From NCBI GenBank assembly GCA_002256025.1, contig NKIB01013009.1, positions 1 to 64,000 of the forward strand: a stretch of 64,000 nucleotides of DNA. The letters run 5' to 3'. Shown here in pieces: positions 48,328 to 59,848 of the stretch; position 1 is the first letter of the stretch, and every line of letters starts with the position of its first letter. The notes beneath the pieces were generated by a model. That model was not told the origin of the DNA. It searched no databases and worked only from the letters and a program-made list of their open reading frames with translations. Source of the stretch: Asterionella formosa (taxonomy: Eukaryota). Position numbers and translations under genes: made by a program.

Positions 48328-49257
48328 TTAGAACGTCATGTCCATTAAATATAGGAAATCATCCTTTGGAATGGACTCGTCAATATTATCGACTGACCTT
48401 TTGGAACCCATGGAAGACCCCCTAGTCAGAGTTGGGGACATGATAAGCGATGAAATGTCTTCTTCATTCTGGAATGGATCGACAAAATGAGAAAGCCAAG
48501 AATTTTCCTCGTTGACGTCGTCCAAATGTTCCGGAAGCTTTGAGGAGCCTGGTACCGATTGGTCCAAATGAAGAACTTCGGGAGTGTTCACCGGTGACGT
48601 GGGCATCAAAGTCGGAGTCGCATCTTCGTCACTAGTGTCGTCGTTATTGGGTATCGTCTTGATCAGTTTGGCACGACGGTAAAAAGTATCATTGCTCATG
48701 AGAGGCGAAACAACGCTAAGTTGCGGGCGCTCTTGCTCTGCAGTCGTCTTGTTCGTTGATGCTCCACCAATGGTCTTCCGAGAATCTTGCACGGGGTTCG
48801 CTTCGCATTTCCGCTTCGGACGGTCATGCCCTGTCAAAGAAGACGAAAGCGTAGGAGCATCCTTGTGCTGAGCTCGAATTGTCGGCGCTCCTTCCCTCAA
48901 TGCCTGACTTGTCTTGGCCATAGCCTTAGCGTCATCAATCTCAACCCAATAGCTTCCAAAGCCGGTACCTGTGTCGCGTTGCAGAAACCGCCCGGACGGA
49001 ATCTGAGCTTGCACCAATTCCACGACCTGTCTGGCGACCCTTGCTTTCTCTGCCTTGCTTAAAGCCAAGTTGTAATCGTTCTTGTAGACCTTGACGTAGT
49101 CGCGGAAGACTTTGTTGCCTTCGTGCGAGTTGATACCTCCACCCCGTCCAGCCAGAACATCGTTGGGGTGAGGTGTCCTTATTCGTTTGACTGCGCCGTG
49201 CGATGCCGAGTTCACAAAGAAATCTCCTGTATGCTGCGGGATGTTCATCATCATCAT
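48328..49257 (-). CDS. DUF6824-domain protein (diatom-expanded family)
   Basis: PHPNDVLAGRGGGINSHEGN..FR...GRFL...WVEIDDAKAMAKTSQALRE. Confidence 0.88.
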   Translation of the reverse strand: MMMMNIPQHTGDFFVNSASHGAVKRIRTPHPNDVLAGRGGGINSHEGNKVFRDYVKVYKNDYNLALSKAEKARVARQVVELVQAQIPSGRFLQRDTGTGFGSYWVEIDDAKAMAKTSQALREGAPTIRAQHKDAPTLSSSLTGHDRPKRKCEANPVQDSRKTIGGASTNKTTAEQERPQLSVVSPLMSNDTFYRRAKLIKTIPNNDDTSDEDATPTLMPTSPVNTPEVLHLDQSVPGSSKLPEHLDDVNEENSWLSHFVDPFQNEEDISSLIMSPTLTRGSSMGSKRSVDNIDESIPKDDFLYLMDMTF

Positions 49258-50302
49258 CGTTTGTGGTGGTGGGTGGGAGTCTAAGTTGCTCTAAAGTGAG
49301 TGATTTGAATGGGGAAAGTTGAAAGTTGTGAAAGAAGATGAACAGCCTTCTCGCGTTGTTGCGTTGTTCCTGTATATAAACTGTATGTGTTCCTGCTTCT
49401 ATATGCGTTTTGCTTCGTGTAGCTTTGTGTCACTGTTGTTCGTTTCAACAATTGTGAGCCGGCAGACAGTGGCAACTGAAAACAACACAGAGAACCAACA
49501 CACATCAAAAGGAAAGAATTCCATGGCCTTCCTGCAAACAACGACACTTACGTGGCAAACGAGAATAGGGTGACGACATCATGACGTTCGTATGAAATTC
49601 CTATGATCTGGTTGGACAAGATCCACGTACACGTCATTATTTGACACTATCCTCCTTGAACTGGTAATGACTTCTTCGGCCATCTGATGCCATCACCTCC
49701 GAAAAGACTATGTGATGACTGTCTTAACAAACGTATGTAGAGATAACGGCATAGGGTTCGCGCTGAGTTTGCATCATATTTCCATGTGTCACGAATCAGG
49801 CAGCTCAGAACGATGCATAGTTCTTGTTGATACTTGTTACATACCGGATATGCATTAAACAGAATTAGTCATCATTCTGACACTAATCGACCCCGATGAC
49901 GGAGTGCCAAAATGCTTTGGTTCGTTTCTTGTAAAATGTATGTAGAGCAATGACACGGACACCCCTGGTGTGGAGCAAGCAAGCTTTTCGTTTCATTTCA
50001 TTTACATACCCGGAGTGGGTGAAATTGCAGTAGCAATACATATCAAAGATAAGAACATCACTCAATGCTACCGGTACTCGAGCACCGGTGCCTCCCACTG
50101 GAGCAGGAGTGCTCGGTACCAGGTACTTGCATACTCCACGTGGTACATACAAGGGAATTCTACCGGGTGGACCCAGGACCAGGTTCGGTCGTTGAAGTTT
50201 CTTCACAGAAAATAATGAAGCCTTGTACATACTTAGGGTTGCAAATAGCATCATATTCATACCTATATGTAGTTATGTAGGGTAGTATTCTACCTACCGG
50301 TA

Positions 50303-50397
50303 CAGCAAGTTGCGGAAATTTTGATGAACTAAAAGTTTAGCTATTTTTATCCGAGATTAAATTGTTTCTTTTAAGCAAAATGACTGCATCTTGCACA
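50303..50397. mobile_element. MITE family 1, copy 5 (more decayed)
   Basis: TA|CAGCAAGTTGCGGAAATTTTGAT...AGCAAAATGACTGCATCTTGCACA|TA. Confidence 0.82.
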
Positions 50398-51000
50398 TAT
50401 CTTAGTTCTATGTGGATTTACGGCACCAGGGTACCCTGGTACCACTTCCGCGAGGGGGTTCTGGTGCGTGTCGACCGGTACATAGAGCAAAACGACTGCC
50501 GGCGTCCTATTTACCGGTACTGTTCCGGTACTTATTTCTTCTAAGTCCTCAGGCATTTGGCACCTCTCAAAGTTGACAGCAATCGAAAATTAACATACTA
50601 CCGGTATCAATCTTTTGGCGAGAAACAGAATGATGAAATATGCATTGCCTCGGTCCAATGCATTCGAAAACTGAATGGATATGCAGCTTGTACTGATCAA
50701 TCTCACTTTACCGTTGTGCCATCGAAGGCAATCTGAGTAATGCATACTTTCACCTTTCAGCGTACCTCCAATCGACTTCCGAGCATGCGTGGTCCTAATG
50801 GCTACCAGACAGCTACTTGCTTTGACGTTCGTCCATCACAGCACTAATATTTGCGACAGCATCATCAAGGGGGTAACATACTTATTCCCTTTAATTAAGC
50901 AAAATATCCCAAACTTTTCATTAGAAAGTTCCGCTGTAGGTCAATTGCCGTTTGCTCATGCTTTACTTAGAATTCCATTGAAGCGTGTGTCCCATTTCAT

Positions 51001-52329
51001 CTAGCCTAGGTTCTCAGCCAGCTCTTTGGTTGCTACAGCTGTCACTCGCACCACTGTCTGTTTCGTTACCAAAGAAAAGCCAATGTATTCATACTGCCAT
51101 CCAAATTTTCTACAACACTCTCGCCATGCCCTGAACTCATCTTGTCTCCACGTCGCATGACATAGATACTCATCAAACAACAACATTGTCCCTGGAACAA
51201 CCCGTCCATGAAGATTCTCCAAAATATCCAAAGTCGAAGAATACAAGTCACAGTCAATGTTGGCATACGCCAAACACTGATCCTTTCGCACAGTCTTCTT
51301 GAACTTTGGGATCGAATCACAAAATAATCCTTTGTGAAATCGTACATCACCTTCCAAAAATATGGGAACTATTCCACCAGTACTATACGAGCCCTCCGGT
51401 TCCCTCCCCCACGCCTGTGGTAGGCCCATAAATGTATCAAACCCATGAATAGTTACACTCAGTGGCAACAACTCTTGAGTCATACGTAAACTTCGGCCCG
51501 AAGCGACACCAAATTCACACACGAGGCCCCCATCGGCGATAAGAGGCGCCGCATGAGACAAGGCCAATTCAATCATGTCGCGGGTGCCTCGATGCAAATT
51601 AGCTCGATCAACTTTTCGGGTATGCCATCGTACATATCCCCATGAGTCGACCAAACACGCAATGTGAGCTTCTGATTTGCGAAGTTGCTCCATGAGAAGT
51701 TCAGCTTCTTCCGTTTCACCAAGTCGTTCCAAGGCGACAGCAAGGTGGAAGGCAAAAACTCGATTTAAAGGCGCTAGCTCAAATGCTTTTCTGTATGCGA
51801 CTTCAGCCGCCTTTAAACTCCCCCCAGCTGCCTCGATGGAAACCCCCAAGCCATTGTAACTCACTGCTGACGGGTAGATATCAATGTCACACGCATCTTG
51901 ATAGAGACGCATTGACGCTCTTGCATCCCCCAAGGCATCGTGAGATAGATGCGCCAATCTAACACATGCGTAGGACAAAACAGCACGCACATCGTCTTTG
52001 GAGAGGAGAGTGACATGTCCAAACTCGTCGGCGGATTCCAGACAACACTGATAGAGGGTGGCCGCTTCATGGAACGAAGCAGCTGCTGCTCTGGCTCTTC
52101 CTGACTTTTCCATACGCATGCCGAGCTGAAAAGCTCTATCGGCCTCTTGTACAATTGCATTGACCGGTGTTTGCTGGTCGTTGATGAAGTCAACGACGGC
52201 GGAAGGGTTGAGTGAACGCGCAAAAGTTGATTTGGCAAGGGATGTTCCGAACAAGCGCTGAAAAGCAAAGGCGGGTGTTGTTGATAGGGCCAGTGCGGCT
52301 AGCGATGAGATACTGGTAGAGATTCTCAT
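51001..52329 (-). CDS. TPR-repeat plus TylF/MycF-like class I O-methyltransferase, with a bipartite plastid-targeting-like leader
   Basis: Leader MRISTSISSLAALALSTTPAFAF, TPR-like helices, then EFGVASGRS, HGFDTFMGLP, KGLFCDS, NIDCDLYSST and LFDEY. Confidence 0.85.
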   Translation of the reverse strand: MRISTSISSLAALALSTTPAFAFQRLFGTSLAKSTFARSLNPSAVVDFINDQQTPVNAIVQEADRAFQLGMRMEKSGRARAAAASFHEAATLYQCCLESADEFGHVTLLSKDDVRAVLSYACVRLAHLSHDALGDARASMRLYQDACDIDIYPSAVSYNGLGVSIEAAGGSLKAAEVAYRKAFELAPLNRVFAFHLAVALERLGETEEAELLMEQLRKSEAHIACLVDSWGYVRWHTRKVDRANLHRGTRDMIELALSHAAPLIADGGLVCEFGVASGRSLRMTQELLPLSVTIHGFDTFMGLPQAWGREPEGSYSTGGIVPIFLEGDVRFHKGLFCDSIPKFKKTVRKDQCLAYANIDCDLYSSTLDILENLHGRVVPGTMLLFDEYLCHATWRQDEFRAWRECCRKFGWQYEYIGFSLVTKQTVVRVTAVATKELAENLG

Positions 52330-52477
52330 GGAGATCAAAGAAAGTTGACGATCACCACAAACCGTCAATCAGCACGAGTCATTCAACCAACAGGCAACAC
52401 TGGAGTGGATAGAAATATATGTCATCTGAAGGCAAACGAATTTCAATCTTTATCATGGCACAAAGTGCGTGCATGCA

Positions 52478-52880
52478 ACCAGGTACCGGTATCTATTTGC
52501 ACGCGGAGGCCATGATGACCACATCGCACATGCATGCGTACCGGAACTGGTACTGTGTCTACCTGGCGGTCCTGGTACCGGTATCCGGTATGCATACCGT
52601 TATGCTACCTGGTTCTGTATACCACCATAACCAGGTACCAGGTACTGGTAAAAAAATCATGCCGGTACATTGATCTACTGGTATTTATGCATGATAGAGA
52701 CTAAAACCGGTAGATATGAATGAATCACACTACCAGGTACCAACCAGGTACCGGTACTGTAAGATTGTATGCCGTTATGACTGGTAAAAAATACCCAGTT
52801 GCTGCTGTACATAAGTAACAACGTACCAGGTACCTGGTGGGTACGTATGACGGTGAACATTACTACCGGTACCGGTTCTA
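52478..52880. repeat. Palindromic TACC(W)GGTA / GGTACC array (largest example of about 18 intergenic clusters)
   Basis: Repeated accaggtaccggta, ccaggtaccaggtactggta, gtaccaggtacctggt and taccggtaccggt between two divergent genes. Confidence 0.9.
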
Positions 52881-53207
52881 CATAACCCTAGCAAATAGAG
52901 GGGAAGGTAAGAAACCCAAGAAATAACAAAGCACGACGCTACCCGGTAAGCAAGAAGCAATTCGGAAACGAAGCAAGGAGCATCAGCAATGCGTTATCTT
53001 CGGCGGGGTCGTGTAAACGCTCGTCGCCATTATTATTATTTTCATCCCGAATACATAATCAACCGTCGAAGTTGTTGACGATGGCAGGAAACTTGTTCCA
53101 TACGTCCAGAGTGTAGAGTAGATTCTAGTCCATCGACGATTTCACATTAATATCAGCCCTTTTTAGTATCTGAAGACTCAGCCAATCTGTGCAATCATAT
53201 TCGAACA

Positions 53208-54227
53208 ATGGCGAGCACAACGCGACGAAAGAACGGAATGTCCGGGCCTCGCAGTTACATGCAAATATCAACGTGGATCTTCCTACCGACATTGGTGACA
53301 GAATTCCTCCTCGTTTGTTCCCCGAATCTTCCGCTGGCAGCGTCAATACCAGTCACTCTAATATTTTGCGTATTGTCGTTTCTTGCTGCGATCTATGGCT
53401 ACCTTGCAACCGTGACAGATGCCATCGACTCCCACTTGGCCTGTCATTTGCGTGACCAAGGCGACAGCACACCTGCTGCTGCACCAACAGGGTTCCTGGC
53501 TCTCTTTTACCGCCAACCTTCCTTCACGCCAGCTCAAATAGAAGCTGAATCAACCAAATACTGTTGGGTATGCGAAACAAGCGTGGCACAACACTCCATG
53601 CATTGCAAGTATTGCAACAAATGCATCTCTAATTTCGATCATCACTGTCAGTGGCTCAATACATGTGTCGGCAAGCACAATTATCCATATTTTTACAAAA
53701 CGCTTTGGTATATTTCGGGAGCGCTGCTGGTTCATGGACTCACGTCGCTGGCGATTGCCATTGACATTCTGGCACATGGCACGTCAGAACAACGAGCCAA
53801 CGATTGGTTAGGGGGCAGCAACCTGAAGGCATTGGTGGTGGCATTCTGTTTTGTTTTTGTAGCTTTTGACACTGTGGCCTTTTTTTTGATTGCACAGCTA
53901 CTCTTGTTTCATATTTCCTTGAAACGAGAGAAACTCACGACCTATCAGTTTATTTTAAAGGACAATCAGCGAAAGCGAGACTTGGCAAAAATTAACGAAA
54001 CTATTAATTCAAAGCGCATTGTTGCAATTCGGAAGGCCAAGCAAGAAGGCAAGACTTTGTTATTCTATCAACTAAAATGTGGAAAATATTGTAAGGCATG
54101 TGATCCCTTGGTGCTGGAAGTCCCACCCTCGACCCGACAAGAAGCGCCGGAATACAGCAATTGCGAAGAAATTGATCTTGAAGAGAGTAAATCAGAGAAC
54201 GACGAGGACTCTAGGAATGCACTGTAA
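53208..54227 (+). CDS. DHHC palmitoyltransferase
   Basis: RRKNG N-terminal motif, C..C........HCKYCNKCISNFDHHCQWLNTCVGKHNY, four TM segments and TTYQ. Confidence 0.96.
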   Translation: MASTTRRKNGMSGPRSYMQISTWIFLPTLVTEFLLVCSPNLPLAASIPVTLIFCVLSFLAAIYGYLATVTDAIDSHLACHLRDQGDSTPAAAPTGFLALFYRQPSFTPAQIEAESTKYCWVCETSVAQHSMHCKYCNKCISNFDHHCQWLNTCVGKHNYPYFYKTLWYISGALLVHGLTSLAIAIDILAHGTSEQRANDWLGGSNLKALVVAFCFVFVAFDTVAFFLIAQLLLFHISLKREKLTTYQFILKDNQRKRDLAKINETINSKRIVAIRKAKQEGKTLLFYQLKCGKYCKACDPLVLEVPPSTRQEAPEYSNCEEIDLEESKSENDEDSRNAL

Positions 54228-55099
54228 GAAAAACAATATATGGGGTATTGTAACTATTTTTTGGCTAAACAGAACTCTTGCACGGCTTCTCTCGTTGTAA
54301 ATTGTGAGGGTACTTTAGAACTAACATCGTAAATGTTGTGGGGTAAATTATAATTGTGCACTTTGGTACACAGTCCAAGCTAGCGAAGTCAACTTGATTG
54401 ATTACTTAGAATGAAGACATTCAGTCGTTCAGTCGTCTGCCTCGTTTCTATGATGTCCAACCATGGGGACTCTTGAATCCTGTCTGATAGCTTCGATCAA
54501 GAGACTGAAAACATAATGATTTTTTTGGAATGGAAATATTGGCCGTATAAGTTGTGTCATTGTCATGTACTCCGTTATCTATTCTCCTGGTGGGGTTCCT
54601 AGTGGAGCTGGACAGAAGGGAAAGAGTTCGAGCTGAGCATTTGTACGAACTCAGAAATTTGCTCCTCTGGAGTTAGCAAATAGCTAAAGTATAGGACACC
54701 ACAAAATCAAAACGAGCGATAATATGGCAATCTGTCGTCTACTGGCCCAATGGTACGGCTTCAACTGGTCTAGTGCTGGGGCTTAACAACCATCTATTTA
54801 AATAAGCCCTTTGTGTTTTATTCGCAATGTGAACCCGCTAAAGTAAATTTGCGCTTGTACTCTTGGCGAATGGGTTGGGTCATTCACTGGAAACGGAAGA
54901 CAATACTCCTTAGTTGTTTATGATAGGAAATTTGGACTTCATATTGCTTGTTCTTGTCCTTTGTAAGCTACGTACTGTGTGAGTAACCTACAAAATTACT
55001 AGAGCCTCCTCTATACATCGATAGTATTGTTAGGAAACATTTACTCTTATTCTTGACCTATTTCTGAGTCACACACTATCATTAATTAGCTTGATGTGA

Positions 55100-55800
55100 T
55101 CGATGCTTCAAGATCAATGTTGACACCATGATACCAAATCTTCCATTTTACAACGAATGAAAATACATTGTACTAGCCATCGCCATTGAGCCCAGCAATC
55201 GAGTCATAGTACTAGATAACCATCCAAGGAAGTAAATAAAGTAAATGTGGCTGTGGGTTGCCAAATTCTAATACCATAATGATTGATAGCACCAACACAA
55301 CCATGGTATTCATGTCACTTTGTTCTGACTTTATCCATTTCATCTGAAGCGCATTGCAGCTCCACAAGGCTCTCTTGAAATTTTATTTCTTCAGCAATCG
55401 ATGGAATTAAAGCAATTATAAACTTCTCAGGTATCTTATATATGGATGTAACTAGTACCCACATTAAACCCTAACATGCATCAATGTATGTTGAACCTCC
55501 CAAAATGCGAAGTGACAAGTACATGATTTCATGAATGGAAAGTGCCCACCTGCTGCTTGTTCTTCTAGGATGTTCATTCTGTTTATCCGATTTTTAAGCA
55601 ATCCCTAGACCAATGAGGTTTCTCAATAATTAATAAGTAAATCGAGAAATTCAAAACATTTCACGAAAAGTGACAGCATCTGCTGGTCAAAAGTCCTTGT
55701 TTCTTCCTTTCGTTAACAAAGTCTGATCAATCAAATTGGTCAACAAAGTAGTGAAGCCAACAAATATAACCCAAAACTGCTAGGTTTCTTGCAAAATCAC
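55100..55800 (-). pseudogene. Decayed PIF/Harbinger (HARBI1-like) transposase
   Basis: Minus-strand fragments FREMF*ISR, LRILGGSTYIDA (about 55478-55512), EIKF...L...S.E and YHGCVGAI (about 55285-55308). Confidence 0.62.
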
Positions 55801-57824
55801 ATGTCTTTGCTTGTCTTGCGAGGTACCTATAACAAGGGACGATTTAGTTGTTTTTATTAGTTCACCCTTTCATGTTTTACCTTGTTCCAACTTACACCTA
55901 CTACTACCCTTGCGTTCCTTCCAGACAAAATCATGATATTTCTTCATCATGATATGAATCATCATCCATGTCAAAATCGTCATGAATGACATGGCTGGAA
56001 ATGGAGGAAGTACTTACTACAGACCCATGATTGTTACATTTTGAAGGCTGTTCAAATTGCGTTGTTGGAAGTGGATCAATCATGGGTGCAAAGGAGAATG
56101 TTAACATAGGTTTGTGTCTTCGTCTTCCGCAGTGGTGAAATTGGTGGATGATCCATCGGAAATGAATGCCGAAAGCGGTGCTCCGGATTGAGTGCACTCC
56201 TAGTCGGTTGAACTGATGACTGGTTGTAACGACACACTTTGTGCTGGCTGGTTCTTGGTCCCACTGCTCCATGTTGTAGCCGCCATTTTTGGAAGGAAGA
56301 GTGGCTGGTTGTTGGAAGTAGCCAATGTTGATGACTGTTCACTGAAATATGATGATGCTTAGGGGAATGGCTTAATTGGTTAGCACACCTCATGAGGTGG
56401 CAGTTTCGATTCTTGCATTCTCCATCACCCCATCCCTAGGGGTCCAGGGAGTGACAAGGCTGACAAAGAGACAGATCCCGTTGTACTGTATGGAAAAATA
56501 AAACCGGTACTAATTGTTTCCATTCAAGTGGGCACATGTGCAATTATTGTATAGCTTTAACATACTATAAAAAATTTATTAACTTTATATTTTAAATCAT
56601 CCATGTCATACTATATCACCATCACCACACACACCGGACCAGCACAACACAACAGCTCAGGAAACAGCAATGATAGCCCGCCCTCAAGCTAAATTATGAT
56701 TGGCTATGCAAATAGCACATCACGTTTTAACAGCAAATTTGAGATTCAAATATCGATTTTGCTGATAAAAAAATTTGCCTTTTTTCCATGTAATTATCAG
56801 AAAAAAGATACTCAGATACTTTTTGACATCATATCCCCAGGTTTACTTATCAGCACGTGTTTTCATCAGAAATATTATATTTTATCAGCCCTTCAAGGTT
56901 AGCTAAGGTAATGCGTAATGAACCTGAACCTCACTCCAGTGGATGTTGCAAAGACGATGCTTGAGGATGCACAATTCACGTCATCATCCATAGCGGCATA
57001 TACCGTACAGCTATCGTCAGCCACTGATGTATTCAGGAGTGGTAAATATCATTTTTATATATTCATATATTAATAATATTATGCTCCGATGACATGGTTA
57101 CAGTACCCTAGTACCAGGTACGGGTAGTCTATGTACTATAACGAACGGTAAATAGCTATACCAGGTCAAGGACCAGGTACCTGGTACCAGTTACCAGTAA
57201 AAAACTGCCATGACCCATTGAGAATATTTTTGAACTGCCGTGACCCATTGAACGCAGAATAACACGTTTTGCAATCAAAACTTAAATAAATATAGATTTT
57301 GAGAGTTCTGGCTCCTTCCCGAGCATATAGGCTAGTCAGCCATGTAATTAGTTTGAGATTTGGAGCAAGTTGTTCATCTCGATAGATTGCCTGAAATGGT
57401 CGATCGACCGAAAAACCATGAAGAACACGGATTAGGGTAAGTTTAAAAGTCACCGCATCATATGATATACGACGATCTATATAATGATTTGAACCTTCAC
57501 CTCATTTGCGACAATAAAGTATATCTTGTCTTGGTATTGACTTCTACGGAGAGATGGCAAATTATTTAGGCGCACGGCATCATCATGCAAATGCGTTATG
57601 TATGATTACGGGTATAACAGGTAGGGAGTACATACCAGGTTTTCATTGCACCTTTCTAATAACACGCATGACAAGTGCTTTAACACATGACCTAATCCGT
57701 CCTCGAAAATGTATATAAATTTATATACGTTTATCCAGAAAAAAGTATATACTGCCGTGACCCAGAAATCGTTAAATCAGAATTCTAACATGACAGCTTG
57801 ATTGATCGATGCTGCTCTGACACT

Positions 57825-59235
57825 GGGCGCGCTCTGATAATAAAAAATTATTATATCATGTGTGTATTATAACACAAATTATTCTGGTGATCTGCTACAT
57901 AATATCGTCCGTGCGCTCTGATAATAGAGATATTTTAGATTACTTCTCTGACATAATATATATATTTTTAACTTTAATTTTCAACAGTTAAATTTTCATA
58001 TCAATGCATCCTCTTGTATGCTATGCCGCCTCTTGTTCATTATATGCATGAGTTCTATATATTCATCATCGTCGGTCACTGACCATGTCGACTTTCATCT
58101 CATCTCATCTCCTGATGATGATGATGATGATGACATTATGATCACATTGCTACTGTTAACAATGTGCTATCCACCAGTAAATAGGACACCATCGTTCAGG
58201 GAAAGTTTGACTGTTGATGAGGTCAGAAGAAGAAGTGGCAAAATCCGATGCCACGCACTACAGCATCCATTATCGAGTCCATTCTGGACTTGTTCAACAG
58301 CAAGCATGATGATGCTCTGATTACCTTGTGTGGGTTTGACCATGCTTCTTTCGAGCTCCTACACCAGCTGTTCAAACCTTGTTTTTATTCCTTCACTCCC
58401 TGTAGGAAAAATACGGATTTCATTGTTAGAAATTCAACAACAAAGAAAGGTCGGCAAAGATACCTCTGTTCCATCAGTTGTCTAGCGCTTGGGTTAGCAT
58501 GGACCAGGACTCATGGTTCCTATATGATTCTTCAGATTATTTTCGGATTAACTCATGGTTCTTTGAGTGTTTGGTTGAGGTTTTCAAAGCGAATGATTGT
58601 AAAAGTACTGCTGACACATGAAGATGCCGTTGTGAGACTGTCTAGTACTGCAGACGAAGACACCTTGTTTGCAACCATGATCAATCAGAAATACCCACTT
58701 CCAGAAACACCAATCTGAGAAACACCTGGGACAACTATCCTACTGTCCTCATAGTCACTGACAAACTCATCAGCACCAGTGTCATCTTCATTCTCGTCGT
58801 CGTCCTCCTCCTCTTCTTCTGGTTGAGTCTGTTGTTGTTCTTGTTGCTGGTGACGGCGACGTTCAAGCAGCCTTGAAGAGGAAGGGAAGCCCTTCCTGGC
58901 TGCTCTCCTTTGACTAGAAGAAGATGAAGACATGGCCGAAATCTAAAAGCGATGATGATCGATTTATTGAGGAGGTTGATTGATATGTAATGATATGCAT
59001 ACCTATTTTGGCAAGAGCAAGCCATTTTGAGTATGAGCAAGCAAGTCTTAAAATATTCCTGGAAATTCTATATAGTCATTCATGTCTATACATCTTTTTA
59101 TATAATGCACTGTTATTTATAACTGTAAAAAATTTGTGTTTGTGTTTGTGTTGACCCAAATTTTGGGGTTATGGGTACAACGATTTGTGTTATGATACAC
59201 ATGATATAATAATTTTTTATTATCAGAGCGCGCCC
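57825..59235 (+). mobile_element. Internally deleted PIF/Harbinger-superfamily element (1411 bp) with a 3-bp TSD (ACT)
   Basis: About 53-bp TIRs GGGCGCGCTCTGATAATAAAAAATTATTATATCATGTGT... at both ends, with ACT at 57822-57824 and 59236-59238. The plus-strand transposase N-terminus (DDALITLCGFDHASF...GRQR...LAWTRTHG...IFG...WLRF) abuts a convergent acidic ORF at 58685-58933. Confidence 0.92.
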
Positions 59236-59848
59236 ACTATCGAACAAACGGATCCGCAATTCGGTAGAATTTACCATTAGTCGGAGGAGTCAAACAAACA
59301 CCCTAACTCAATGGGTCATGGCAGCTTTTTACTGGTACCTGGTACCAGGTACCAGATACCATCGACGGCTTCGTCTCCTCGTCATGCATACCTGTCCCCG
59401 TGCGATACGATAAGTATTGTTGCAAAACGATGAGAGAACGTGAGAGATCTTCAGTTGAGTGTTTCCTTTCTTCTGTTGAGGAAGGTCACCTTGACGATCA
59501 ATAGCTTCGCTTTGTCGTGCACCACGGTACGTCAATTGAACAGCAAAGAATGAGAGGCGGTAACTTTGCGTTAACTTCTACCATTGATCGTCCGTTCTGC
59601 ACACACTGGCATTAATTATTGCTCCGTGGTCACATCATTTTATCGTGTTTCGACGCGGATTGATTGTGTTTGCATGCAGGATGTCTTCCAAGCAGCTTTA
59701 TATCTTGCCTTCGAAACAGGCAGCGAATGCTTCAGTTTTCGGTCGACCATTGTTCCATACAACTGCTTCCTTACTGACCCCACTGATGCAATTTTTAGAA
59801 CTCAGCAATATTATTTTCAGCTTGTAGTGAAAATTCTGAGACGAGCGC

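Noticed and set aside
52945..52985. ttcggaaacgaagcaagg resembling SRP RNA helix 8
   Set aside because: It lacks the upstream CAGG of the symmetric loop and there is no surrounding Alu/S-domain pairing or Pol III context.
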